Assembly: GCA_951406725.2 (NCBI GenBank)
Contig: OX597825.1
Coordinates: 49,104,001 to 49,168,000, forward strand
Reading direction: 5' to 3'
DNA: 64,000 nt
Origin: Octopus vulgaris
Lineage: Eukaryota
Shown here piece by piece: positions 1 to 10,599 of the stretch. A program made the position numbers and the translations under genes. The stretch's first letter is position 1. Each line of letters opens with the position of its first letter. Under the pieces are notes generated by a model. That model had not been told where the DNA came from. It was given only the letters and a program-made list of their open reading frames with translations, and ran no database searches.

Positions 1-560
1 GTTTTAAAATTATGTTAAGCAATTTGCTTAATCCTTGAGATCAGTTGGTTTGGAAATATTTATATATGGAGTATGGAGGCATTTTAAGCTGTTGTTTGAA
101 TTAGTGGATTTTAGGAAGTCCATAAAATTAGCGAGGTAATCCAACTCCTTTTTTGTTAAGTCATGCTAGTATTTGTTGGTAACTTTACCAATTCTGCTCG
201 ATGTTCGTCTATCAACATAGCTATCTACTTTTCAGTAGATTTGGTCATTAATGGGTCTAGTCCATTATAACAACGGATCCTCCCGTGTCTGCTTATTTAA
301 TAAATACAGAGGAGTCTTCTTGTGGACATTGTAATGCCTTTTGTTCCCCATCGGTAATATTTTGTTTTCCAGGGTTTTCTGGAATGTTTGAATTAGACCT
401 TTTCAGGCATATCATATATTTCTTCAGATGTTTGTGTTGACCAGAAATCAAAATGAGTTTAAAGGGATATATTATCCTGGCGGTTACCGTGTTTCCTCTT
501 AACTGGGTTTCAGATACTGGCTAACCACGACGGTTTTTTATGATACCTGAGATAAAAAAT
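1..560 (-). pseudogene. Penelope-like element reverse transcriptase remnant (N-terminal part, runs off window start)
   Basis: Manual minus-strand translation gives NITDGEQKALQCPQEDSSVFIK*ADTGGSVVIMD (about 257-361) and KELDYLANFYGLPKIH (about 104-150). These match the PLE RT motifs IK.ADKGG.VVIMD and FYGLPKIHK; stops are present. Confidence 0.8.
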
Positions 561-704
561 AGTTGCTAGGCTCTGGTAACCTTTCTCGCTGGGTAAATCC
601 GAGTGCCCTATTCAATACTGCATAATTTTCGTAGAGTAAGTTATAATAATGAGAACGGAAATTACATAAGATAAATTTAATAGTTATTAACAACATCTTT
701 AACT

Positions 705-790
705 GAACATATGCGCGTTTCAACTGCGTCGACTGCACACTGCTGGTTATGAAACCTGGTGTCATAGTCGGTGCAGTTTCATCAGGGCCC
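705..790 (-). ncRNA. Type I hammerhead ribozyme motif (degenerate)
   Basis: Minus strand: ggcc CTGATGA aactgc...gcagtt GAAAC gcgc ATA tgttc. Stem II is intact; stems I and III are imperfect. Confidence 0.55.
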
Positions 791-907
791 TTGCTCTCTG
801 ATGTTTTGAAGTGAAACTATTAATAGTAGCACTCATACCTCTTAAAAATACTTTATTCATTCAGTTTGCACATTCCTTCAGTTTAATTTCAAAACGTCAG
901 AGAGTAT

Positions 908-993
908 GGACCCTGATGAAACTGCACCGAACATGACACCAGGTTGCATATCTAACAGTGTGCAGTCCATACAGTTGAAATGAGCTGAGGTCC
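908..993 (+). ncRNA. Type I hammerhead ribozyme motif (stem III degenerate)
   Basis: ggacc CTGATGA(913-919) aactg...cagtt GAAA(977-980) tgagctga ggtcc. Stem I is ggacc/ggtcc and stem II is aactg/cagtt. Confidence 0.6.
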
Positions 994-1204
994 AGTAAAT
1001 GATGCTGTAAATAACTGTTAAATAAGATTATGGATGTGAAAAATCTCCGTTCCCCCTTATCATTATCGATACTATATATGTGTGTGTGCGCGTGTCTATG
1101 TATGTATGTATGTGTGTGTATACATACACACACATTCACATTTATCATACATGCATGATTATGGTTTCACCTAGATACATACATATATATTCTGCCTCCA
1201 CACA

Positions 1205-1350
1205 CTGGTTCTATCTACCAAATTCACTCACAAGGCGTTGATCGGTCCTGGGCTGCTGCAGAAGATACTTGCCATAGTGCCACTGCGTAGTGGGACTGCA
1301 TATGAAACTATGTCGTTCCAAAGCAAGTTTCTTAACCAAACAAACATGGC
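1205..1350 (-). mobile_element. tRNA-derived SINE, family A (diverged)
   Basis: Reverse complement resembles the copies at 24868, 52635 and 60722 (aagaaacttgct...cagtcccact...ggcaagtatcttct...ccttgtgagtgaatttggtaga). Confidence 0.7.
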
Positions 1351-1789
1351 ACGGGTTGGTTGTATTGTTAAAGATTTCATTATCTTTAACTGCACAAACC
1401 AGTTTTATATAACATTTTATTGTTGCAGAATTTTGTGTTTCAATCTATTTACTGTTTTGTTAAGTTTACAGGGGCAGCGTGACTTGTAGAAAATACCGAT
1501 TCCCTATATGTGCTAGATATTTGATATCATTATTGGAATAACCATGAAATTTGGTTCATTGAAATCTTTAAGACAATTATAAGGACCCATGTAGTGCAGA
1601 AAGACACGTTTAACTGCACTTCCTTCACTTGTTTCCTCTATAGTTTTATTCTTCTGAATAATTAACAAATACTGCAATGACAACGTCGATGACAACAAAA
1701 AGAACAAGAAACGGTAGAAGAAGAAGAAGAAGAAGAAGAGAAGAAGAAGAATTAATAATAGCTTGTGATTTAGACACAAATCCAACAAT

Positions 1790-1950
1790 TTTGAGTGAGT
1801 TATGGTGTCGAGTGGATTAGTCGATTACACTGACCTTAGCACTTGCCTGGTGCTTTATTCTATCGATTCAAAAAGGAAGAAAGTAAAGGTACCCCTGGGT
1901 GAGATTTGAACTCAGAACCTATAGAGCCGGAACAAATACTGACAAGCAGT
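1790..1950 (-). mobile_element. SINE family B fragment (diverged)
   Basis: Reverse complement contains gttctgagttcaaat...tttcttcctttttgaatcgata, similar to the copies at 30762-31375 and 51912. Confidence 0.55.
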
Positions 1951-2217
1951 TTCCCCAAGGTTAGCCCTTCCACGTCTCTACATATTTTGAAATGCGATAT
2001 CTTTATTCGTTTTCTTACTCACCCCTCTACCGTACAGGTATTTGCTTAAGATTATCATTTCTGTCGATTCAGCTTCTATTTTATCATTGATAAATCGCAT
2101 AACATATTATTAACTCTCTCTTATTTTGGAAGATAAACACCCACAACAACTATTCCTTTCGTGGGTCTAAACAAAATATTCAGTAAATAAATAAATATAT
2201 AATCTAGATAAAGTAAA

Positions 2218-2233
2218 AATAATAATAATGATG

Positions 2234-2306
<73 letters not shown>

Positions 2307-2340
2307 CAACAACAACAACAACAACAAAAGCAACAATAAA
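2218..2340. repeat. (TAA)n/(CAA)n microsatellite
   Basis: Seen directly; it explains the poly-Leu ORF 2121..2336. Confidence 0.95.
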
Positions 2341-3667
2341 TATATAGACTAGATAAGATAACGAAACAAAGAACGGAGATAATTTCTTGGAAGAAATCGA
2401 TTTAAGTTATCTATTTCGTTAACATTCCAAGTCTGCAGGAAAATTGTAATTTCATATCAATATCAGATGAGTTAAGATTTCTGAAAATGATAATGTTTCT
2501 TCGTCTATAATGCAAAGAATTTTAAATATAAATCCTGACCAAGAAATGTGTATGCCGGGGTGTTGGGTGTTTTATAGTTCAGAGTAAAAATGAAGGTAAA
2601 ATAATTGTAACAAGCCTGTACAAACGAAGCTCCCAAAGGCAGTGTCTCCCAGATATATGACTACTTCACTGCCTGCGGCTATGAAAATCCGCATGCATAA
2701 CAAACGAATCCATTGTCAGTTGTTAATTATGTTAGCACGCTGATGGCGTATTCTTCTACATTGCATTGTCTCAAAGTGATTATTGAATTTAAATATTACA
2801 ATTTTAAACGTGACGGTTATATTACTAATGTATTCTAGGGATGAAAAAATTTCCAGTTTAAAAAATTCATAGTAACTACGTAAATGTGAAAAAGAAATGC
2901 GTTGATTATTGTGCAAAAATAAATATCAAAATGTGAAGCGTGAAAAAATGACGTATAGATTACTGTGCATATTTTAGACTTTAAACATGAAACATTTTTC
3001 AACGTTTACTCATTAACGCACCAAATAAATGACGTCTGGGAGCATATAATTATTACAAATACTAATGTAGGTAGAAATTTAAAGCCATTCAATTCGCTTA
3101 AAAGAAGAACAGCTGTACAGCCTCTAAGAGAGTTGGCATCGTTGATTTGGTAGTATACAGCTGGGGAGAAAGAACAAATGCCAACTGCAGAAGATGCCAA
3201 GAAGTGAAAAGTTTATGGGAAAGTTGAGTTTCTAGCTACAACAGGGAAAAGAATTGGCTTAACCAATGTCAGATGAAAGAAAATCTAAATAGATATAAAG
3301 ATAAATATATTGTATCAAGACTACAAGCAAATTTACAATCAAAAGTCATGCGAAACACACATATCCATATATGCACACATCCATGCATAGATGCACACAT
3401 GTATGTATGTATGTATGTATGTATGTATGTATGTATGTATGTATGTATGTATGTATGTATGTATGTATGCATGTATATATTATGAATGTTCACTTATAAT
3501 AAAAACGATTTGCATTAATCTGTTGTGCTAATCTGTAGTTTTCTAGTGTACAACTTTTGCTGAAATTTCGAAGTCACTATCACCACATGCTTATTTGTAA
3601 AAAAATATTATATGATTTTTCTACGTGAATAGTTAGGAGAAGATAAGGAATTTAAGTTTATAGGTAA

Positions 3668-6600
3668 CTAGCTGACGTACCCGGTAATCCCGGAAAAGCT
3701 GGTCTTATCCTTTGGTTCCGTTCTCGTAATTATTTCGCTAATCCAATAACAACAATACGAAGTATGTAGCCCTTAAAACGTGCATTTACAGAGAATACCG
3801 AACTGTCTTACATAGGATCTTGCTTTTAGAAAATCCCAATAAGTTATGAATACCCAGATCGTGAAGTCATTTACGTAATAACATGAAATTAGTTACCCGA
3901 TAGTAAGAATTCAAATGAAGTACCCCAGAAAAGGGATTTATGGGTTCTTAGAGTATGTAGCACTTAGGAGGAAATACCAATAAGGTATGTATACCAAAAT
4001 CGCGAAGCGTGTTACGTAATAACAGGCTAATCGGATATGAGATAATAGCAATTTAAAGTAAATAACTCTGAAAAAGACTTCTGTGCGTTCTGAGAGAGTA
4101 TAACTCCTAGGGGCGCTAGTGTTGAAATAGACTTACAATGACTGTAGAGACAGACTGACATTTAGTTTTACAGTAGACATACAAATAAATTTGCGCATAG
4201 ATTTAAAAATAAAATAACATGTAGATTATCAATACATTTACAACACTTACAAATATTACAGTTAAATAACAAATACCTGACGATTTAACATTTTTGGTCT
4301 TTCCTTATAGGGTATAAATAAACAAATGATTAGGATTGCCGACTCTTGAGCATCAAACATAAATTTGGCCAAGGGAGAAAGCTGGTTCCGCAAGTTTCAA
4401 ACCTACCACATCCAAAGACTGCCCCTTCACTTTGTTAATGCTCGTTGCAAAGTACAGTTTGAACGGGAATTCCAGGCGCTTGTACTGGATAAACATAACC
4501 GAGTGAATAAATGGAATTCTAGGAAAGAATACAGGATCACCGCTTGCTTTAGCAGTCAAAATTCTTGTCTCCAAGACTGTTGGCATCATCTTGTTTATTA
4601 TAAGTCGTGTGCCATCGCAAATCTTTGGTGGATCGAAGTTTCGAAGCAGCATAACTGGTGCTCCAATCTTGAGGTGGAAGTTGTGAGGTGGGAGGCCAGG
4701 TGGTATTAGACTCTTCAAGAATTCAGCTGGATAATTCACAGCCTCATCGATGTTGAGTACAGAGTCAATGGAATTGTAGATATGACGCTCACCTGGCGAT
4801 TGTTCAGAAGTATGAAGTTAAAATCATCAATTCCCTTATTCTTTGAACCTAAAATGGCACAGGTTTCCAACCAGTTGTGGTCTGTAAACTAATTCCTCAG
4901 GTTAGGAAACACCTTATTCATTAGTTCTTTTAAATCAGGTACCATATGACCAAAAGGAAAATTTACCCGGCCATCCTTCTCTCCAAGCGAAGTGCCATTA
5001 CTGACGTACAACAGTTGCTTTGAAAAGGTTGTCTGAATCATCACCACTGAGCTGCAGTCTTATGTTGGTTGTGAATTTCAGCTTTTGCACACTGCAAAAA
5101 TGCTGGTGTTTACCTCATCAGCTCTTGTCTCCTTTCGAACCACGGGAAGGGTTTATCTAAAGTCCCTACAAAAAGAATTTGGCACCTCCAATGAACCTGG
5201 TATTGTTTTTCAGATCCTGATGGGACATGTCAAGAGCTTCAAAGGAACCCTTATGGCTATTTGCCGCCTCATCTCGGAAGATCAACCTGCATTCACCCAG
5301 GGAGTTTGAAACAGGAATGTGCTGTGCGGCCACCACTTAGCAGAGTTGTAACTATTCCTTTCACGCCACTGCTTAATTTGGCACAGTTTAGCCAATAAAA
5401 GGTTGATGACAGATGTCATGCCAGTTCCATCTGAAGCACCCAGAAAGATAAAACCTCCTCTTTCATTTTCAATGCTCGAAATAATAGCCTTATTAACACT
5501 CACTTGGTCCTCCATCAGTTGGTGTTCATTATCAGCTATATACACCGTCATTTCCTCTATGTCATAGCTGATTTCTCACAGGTACTCAATTGCGAGATTG
5601 TTTGCTACCAGCTCCGGTTGAGGCAGACCAAATGTGGCAATGCCTTGATCACCCATAGATTGCATACGGGTGTCCGAGTCAAATAATTCCTCATTGTAAA
5701 TGGTGTTATTAAAAGTGGCAATTTCCGCTGAGGTATGTCTTTCAATCCTTTGTAGAATGTCCTCTGCCATGCTGGTTTTGTGTGTCGCCCAAAGGTACAT
5801 ATCATCATGATAGAAAATAGCTGGCGCAGTTGACTTAGTACTTTGCTGATTGCTGTCTCCTCCAGTGTCTGGTCCCACTGAGAATCGTCCTCTAGTAGTT
5901 CCTGTTTGGCGCAGGCTTCTCTCTAGGTCACGCAGACTTCCCCATTGTGTCTTCGAAGGTGTGACAGTGTGTAGCAGGAGACGCGGGAAGAAGCACTCTT
6001 GCTGATTAGGCTGCACAGTGTACACCCGCCCGATGGCTCCACTTCTGAAGACAGCATGCTCTTCCTAGCCCTCAACGCGTGCTCCTTGCTTGCGTCTGTT
6101 CCATCTATTGTGTGCCCAGGTATAGTACACAGGAACCTCAGCATACATTACCGTTCGGGCAAGCAGATCACATTGGTATAATCTGAAGAAAGCTGTCAAA
6201 GTGGTTTCTGGTGGATTCAGAACTACATTTAGAGCATTGTCTTCTGTGAAATATACACGCTGGCCATTTTAAAGCTGTACAGATATATTCACACTACTCG
6301 AAGCCCAGGGTGCCCCCATTTGCCTCGTTAGGGGAAATATACCTACCCAACTTATATTGCTGAACTTCATCTGCCTGTCCGCCCTCCTGTCAAGTCCCAA
6401 AACCGCCATATATGAGCCCTTATTGATGTATTTACATCTATATTTAATGATTTTTATAGAATTGCTTGACTGAACATTAACATGGGCCTGCAACGTTTTA
6501 TACAGCAATGGATTGTAGGTCACGATCCACCTGTTGTCAGTTTCCATCCCTTGATCACTAACTTTGAGCTTGGTAGTGTTTCCATCATCTTCTGGCTTCC

Positions 6601-6913
6601 GATGCCAGTAGAGTGGGTAATCATCATGTCCCGTATGTGTCTCATGAATAAATTTCCTGCGGAACCGTTTGATGCAAATGAAAATGAACGGGCTATTTCT
6701 TTTCGCTGTTAAAGCAAAATATATGTGGGTTATTATGTGGAGCCATTCTAGGGGCTCTAGCCATCCAATATATTTTATTAAATTCAATAAGCCTAGTAAC
6801 AAACTGGATGTTACGCGTTTGCAAAGTTTCATGAAAATTCGTTCGCAAGTGTAGACGGCAACTTGACACAAACAAACATCCAAACAGACAACTTGCGTTT
6901 ATATATGTATAGA
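3668..6913 (-). mobile_element. Helitron, internally deleted, both termini present
   Basis: Minus-strand 5' end A|TCTATACATATATAAACGCAAGTTGTCTG at 6913. The 3' end ccgggattaccgggtacgtcagCTAG|T at 3668 has a ccgg/ccgg hairpin near the end. The element sits between A and T and carries RepHel fragments. Confidence 0.85.
4330..6720 (-). pseudogene. Fragmented Helitron Rep/PIF1-helicase (RepHel) coding sequence
   Basis: ORF fragments: DNRWIVTYNPLLYKTLQAHVNVQ..SIKIIKYRCKYINKG (Rep C-terminus), YTVQPNQQECFFPRLLLHTV, FIFLGASDGTGMTSVINLLLAK (degenerate Walker A), and PPGLPPHNFHLKIGAPVMLLRN...ATSINKVKGQSL...FSLGQIYV (PIF1 C-terminal motifs). Confidence 0.9.
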
Positions 6914-7172
6914 TAACACTTAAAAAGTTATACAGGTAAACGTTAATAAGATAGTTAATAGACTTTATACCCACATTAGAAATATTGTGTGGTTTAGAAG
7001 TGGGTGAAAAGAAAGAAAATATCCCTAAATTTTTTTTTGATCCCTAAACTACATAAAGTTCGTTTGAACTGTATGCTTTTGAGTATATTCATTGTTTGAG
7101 TCTTGGATCAACACGCTACTCACAGATTCGTACATATGAGATTAATCAGATTACAATTTGAGATACTGTTGT

Positions 7173-7643
7173 CTTCTTCTTCCAATCATGACTCGCGCCA
7201 TTAGCCACAAAGAATAATCTCTAAGCTATTAAGAATGCGTGTGGCAACTTGAAGATCCACCCACCATATGCAATAGATTGGCGGTTGCACAGGCGCGAAA
7301 GCTACGTTATTATCCTCATTCCGTAAACGGTGGCTTTTAACGCGTGGGGAGCTGAACCATCCTGTGGTACAGAGGATTCGCAATCTAGACTAGGGTCTGA
7401 AAGTTTACCACACCATAGTGAATTATACCATGGTTCCTTTGCTTTGTGACAGAAGTAGGAAAAAGGAGTGAGAAAGTTTTGGTGAAAGAGTACAGCGGGG
7501 TTCACCACCCCTCCCCGCCGGAGCGTCGTAGAGCTTAGGTGTTTTTGCTCAATAAACACTCACAATACCCGGTCTGGGAATTGAAGCCGCGTTCCTACGA
7601 CCGCGAGCCCGCTTCCCTAACCACTGGGTCATTGCGCCTCCAC
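7173..7643 (-). mobile_element. Full-length tRNA-derived SINE (family C) with 12-bp target-site duplication
   Basis: TSD AGATACTGTTGT at 7161-7172 and 7644-7655. Minus-strand head has an A box (tgacccagtggttagg) and a B-box-like gcttcaattccc; 3' tail is gaagaagaag. Confidence 0.85.
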
Positions 7644-8169
7644 AGATACTGTTGTTTTCTGACTGAAGAAAAGCGCTTTAATTGAGAAGTCAAGTTATAT
7701 CTTCTCTGATTGAAGGAAATTCTAATCCTCAGCTTCCTTCAAATACATATTTATTTTTGGGTGGTGGAAATTTGCGTTTAAAATATCGTCAAAAAAATTA
7801 CTCAGTAAATAAACATTAAAAAATTTTATAAGAAGTAGCTGCTGCTATAGTAAAGCTTAATAATATTACGAGGTTCACATTATTGATAAAAGAAAATGGC
7901 ACTATTATATAAGAAATATAACGATCAAAATATGAATGTTTAACACAACATTGTGAGTTAGTTGACTGCAGAAGAAAAAATTCTGAAATGTTTTTATGTT
8001 TTTTAATCTTTTCAACTGATATTTTCAGTGAAGTGCGTGCTATGTTCATATATAATTTTTTGATATTTTTGTTTATATGTAGTCACAATATTGTCCTAGA
8101 CGTTTGCACAGGATTGTTAGGATTATTTTACATTCATTTTTACACTCAACTATAAAACAACCAACACAC

Positions 8170-8295
8170 ACAAGGTTCTGAGTTCAGTATTATTGTGTGG
8201 CAACTTGGGTAAGTCTTGTCTACCATATTCTTATATATATATCAAAGTCTTGTGAGTGGATTTGGTAGACAGAAACTGAAAGAAAGACTGTCGTC
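8170..8295 (+). mobile_element. SINE family A fragment
   Basis: ggttctgagttcag...gtggcaacttgggtaagt...cttgtgagtggatttggtagacagaaactgaaagaaag. Confidence 0.7.
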
Positions 8296-8304
8296 AATTA
8301 AATC

Positions 8305-8367
<63 letters not shown>

Positions 8368-8604
8368 TGCATATATACTGTTTCGGCTTCTGTTTGCATG
8401 ATGTTCCTTTGTTTCAGCCATCGCAAAAGTTGGCGAAAAGGGGAGAACCAATACAACACAGATGCACCACGTGGCAGTATGACTACAGTCAAGTACGCTA
8501 GTCAGAAGAATGATGCCTGAGGGTCGCATGCAGCGGCGGAAATCTGAACCACAACGAGCTCGTTCCACAGAGTACGCTTCTGGTTAATTTTGGGTAAACC
8601 CTCG

Positions 8605-8637
<33 letters not shown>

Positions 8638-8641
8638 ATTA

Positions 8642-8880
8642 CAACTTTGGGATATTTACCAATAGATAATCAACCATTTCAGGATAAACCTATCAAATGA
8701 AATAATTAAAATAACATAAAATATAAATAAAACTATACAAATAAATATATCTTACCTGTTGTTAATCTGTGGGGAACGAAGGTAGAACAAGTAATCGCTA
8801 CAGGTGTTTCTACGTTGGTAGGGTTTGTATTAAGGCTATACTTAATATATAAATCCACCAGTGCGTCCTCAGGCTATGTA

Positions 8881-8925
<45 letters not shown>

Positions 8926-9375
8926 TATTATTATGTACGGATAAAAATAAAAAAATAAAAATTACAAATATATATTTAAAATATTATACACTTAAAGTAC
9001 AGTTAAGATATATCAACGATGAGTTCCCCTCTATTGGCTGAGTCCTACCTGATAGGTCCATAACCGACATGTGTAGGAAATACTAATGGTCTAGTGGATA
9101 GTATTAAAACATATTTACGAAAATTTATAGTATATTAGGGAATAACAAATATTCCAAATTATCAGGAAGTTTACTAATTTACACTTTTCTAATGTAAAAA
9201 GTATATTTTAATCAGTTTTACAAATTTGGGATATTTACCAATAGATAATGAACTCCTATTTCATGACAACCTCATGGTATGATATACGCAGAGAAAACTC
9301 AATAAAATAAAATAATTAAAATAACATAAAATAAAAATAAAATTAGTTAAATATATCTTACCTGTTATTAATTTG
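8642..9375 (-). mobile_element. PLE-type terminal-repeat (pLTR-like) element with direct repeats and an internal hammerhead
   Basis: Direct repeats at about 8642-8770 and 9222-9375 (tttgggatatttaccaatagataat...aaatatatcttacctgtt) flank an HHR motif and a (TTA)n tract. Confidence 0.55.
8794..8877 (-). ncRNA. Type I hammerhead ribozyme motif
   Basis: Minus strand: atagc CTGAGGA cgcactggtgg...ctaccaacgta GAAAC acct GTA gcgat. Stem III is ACA/TGT with a GUA site; stems I and II are imperfect. Confidence 0.55.
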
Positions 9376-9379
9376 TGTG

Positions 9380-9545
9380 TGTGTTTGTGTCTGTGTTAAT
9401 AACCTACCATCGCTTCACAACAGGTGTTGCTGTGTTTAATTCTTCGTGATCTAGCAGTTCGTCAAAGTATCCGGTAGAATAACTAACAGCCTTTAAAAAT
9501 AAGTACTGGGGCCAATTCGTTCGAGTAAAATTATTCAAAAATATG
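9380..9545 (+). mobile_element. SINE family A 3' half (diverged)
   Basis: accatcgcttcacaacaggtgttgctgtgttt...aaaataagtactgggg, similar to the 3' halves at about 52815-53010 and 60930-61110. Confidence 0.5.
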
Positions 9546-9739
9546 AACGTAGATAGGCGATACATGGAACTTCAGCTTTTAATAAAATTATGTATGTATG
9601 TATCTACCTATCTCTCTCTCTATCTCTATCTATTTATCTATCTATCTATCTGTCTATCTGTCTATCTGTCCATCTGCTTGTCTGTATGTCTATCGTCTCT
9701 TTCACACACACTCTCTTTCATTCTCTCTCTCTTCCTCTG

Positions 9740-9778
<39 letters not shown>

Positions 9779-10134
9779 ACATACATATATACACACATAT
9801 TAGAGAAAACGGGTTAATAACTAATTATGAGTTATTTTAGAAAAATATAATTCCAATTTCAATATATATTTGATATATAATTGTGTAAAACAATGCTTCA
9901 CAGGAGTTTTTAGTGAAAATTTCAGCTGCACAACTCAATAAGCAAATTAATATTAATCCGCAGCGAGATTGTAAGCGGTTTTTAACATGCGGCTTCCTTA
10001 ATTTGTATCTCTTTCCTTGCAACGCTGACTCTCTGCCTTAATCTTTTATGTCTCTCTCAGTCTATCTCTGTTTCTGATCGTCTATATTTCTATTAGATTT
10101 TGTCTTGAACTCACAAAATGATGTAAACAGACAT

Positions 10135-10192
10135 ATCCTTAACACGTGATTTCGAACTCTGATCATTACAATCTTAGTTCTCATCAGAGGAT
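10135..10192 (-). ncRNA. Type I hammerhead ribozyme motif
   Basis: Minus strand: atcct CTGATGA gaact [17 nt] agttc GAAA t CACGTG tTA aggat. Stems I and II are perfect 5-bp helices; stem III contains the palindrome CACGTG. Confidence 0.75.
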
Positions 10193-10599
10193 CTCGGGTT
10201 AAAAAGGGCAGCTCGCTCGTACAACTCATGAGAAAAAGCGTTGGAAGCCAACGCTAAATTCAAAACAGCCAAAGTGTATAGCATAAGTACAATACAATAT
10301 AGTATATTAATATATTAAAAATATACTAAATATATTATGATATAGGTGACTCGTTAGCAATTAAAACCTAAAGCCAAGTTTATAACCAAGGGTACAAATT
10401 AGTTCCGGTAAGTGTTAGAAATAAGATACAAAATGATTCCAAATAAACACATAAATTGACGGAAAACGGGGAAGCAAGCTAAAGTAGCTCTCCATGGTGG
10501 TGATAAACTCATAAAATGATGAAAGCAGACATATCCTTATTACGTTCTACTATGCCACGACTTTTGAACTTTCTGAACTTTTAAACTCCGTGCGCTAAT

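Larger units (their letters stand above)
676..1023. repeat. Imperfect inverted repeat (arms about 676-810 and 888-1023) upstream of the PLE remnant
   Basis: ggtgcagtttcatcagggccc...ctctctgatgttttgaa is mirrored by ttcaaaacgtcagagag...ggaccctgatgaaactgcacc. Confidence 0.85.
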
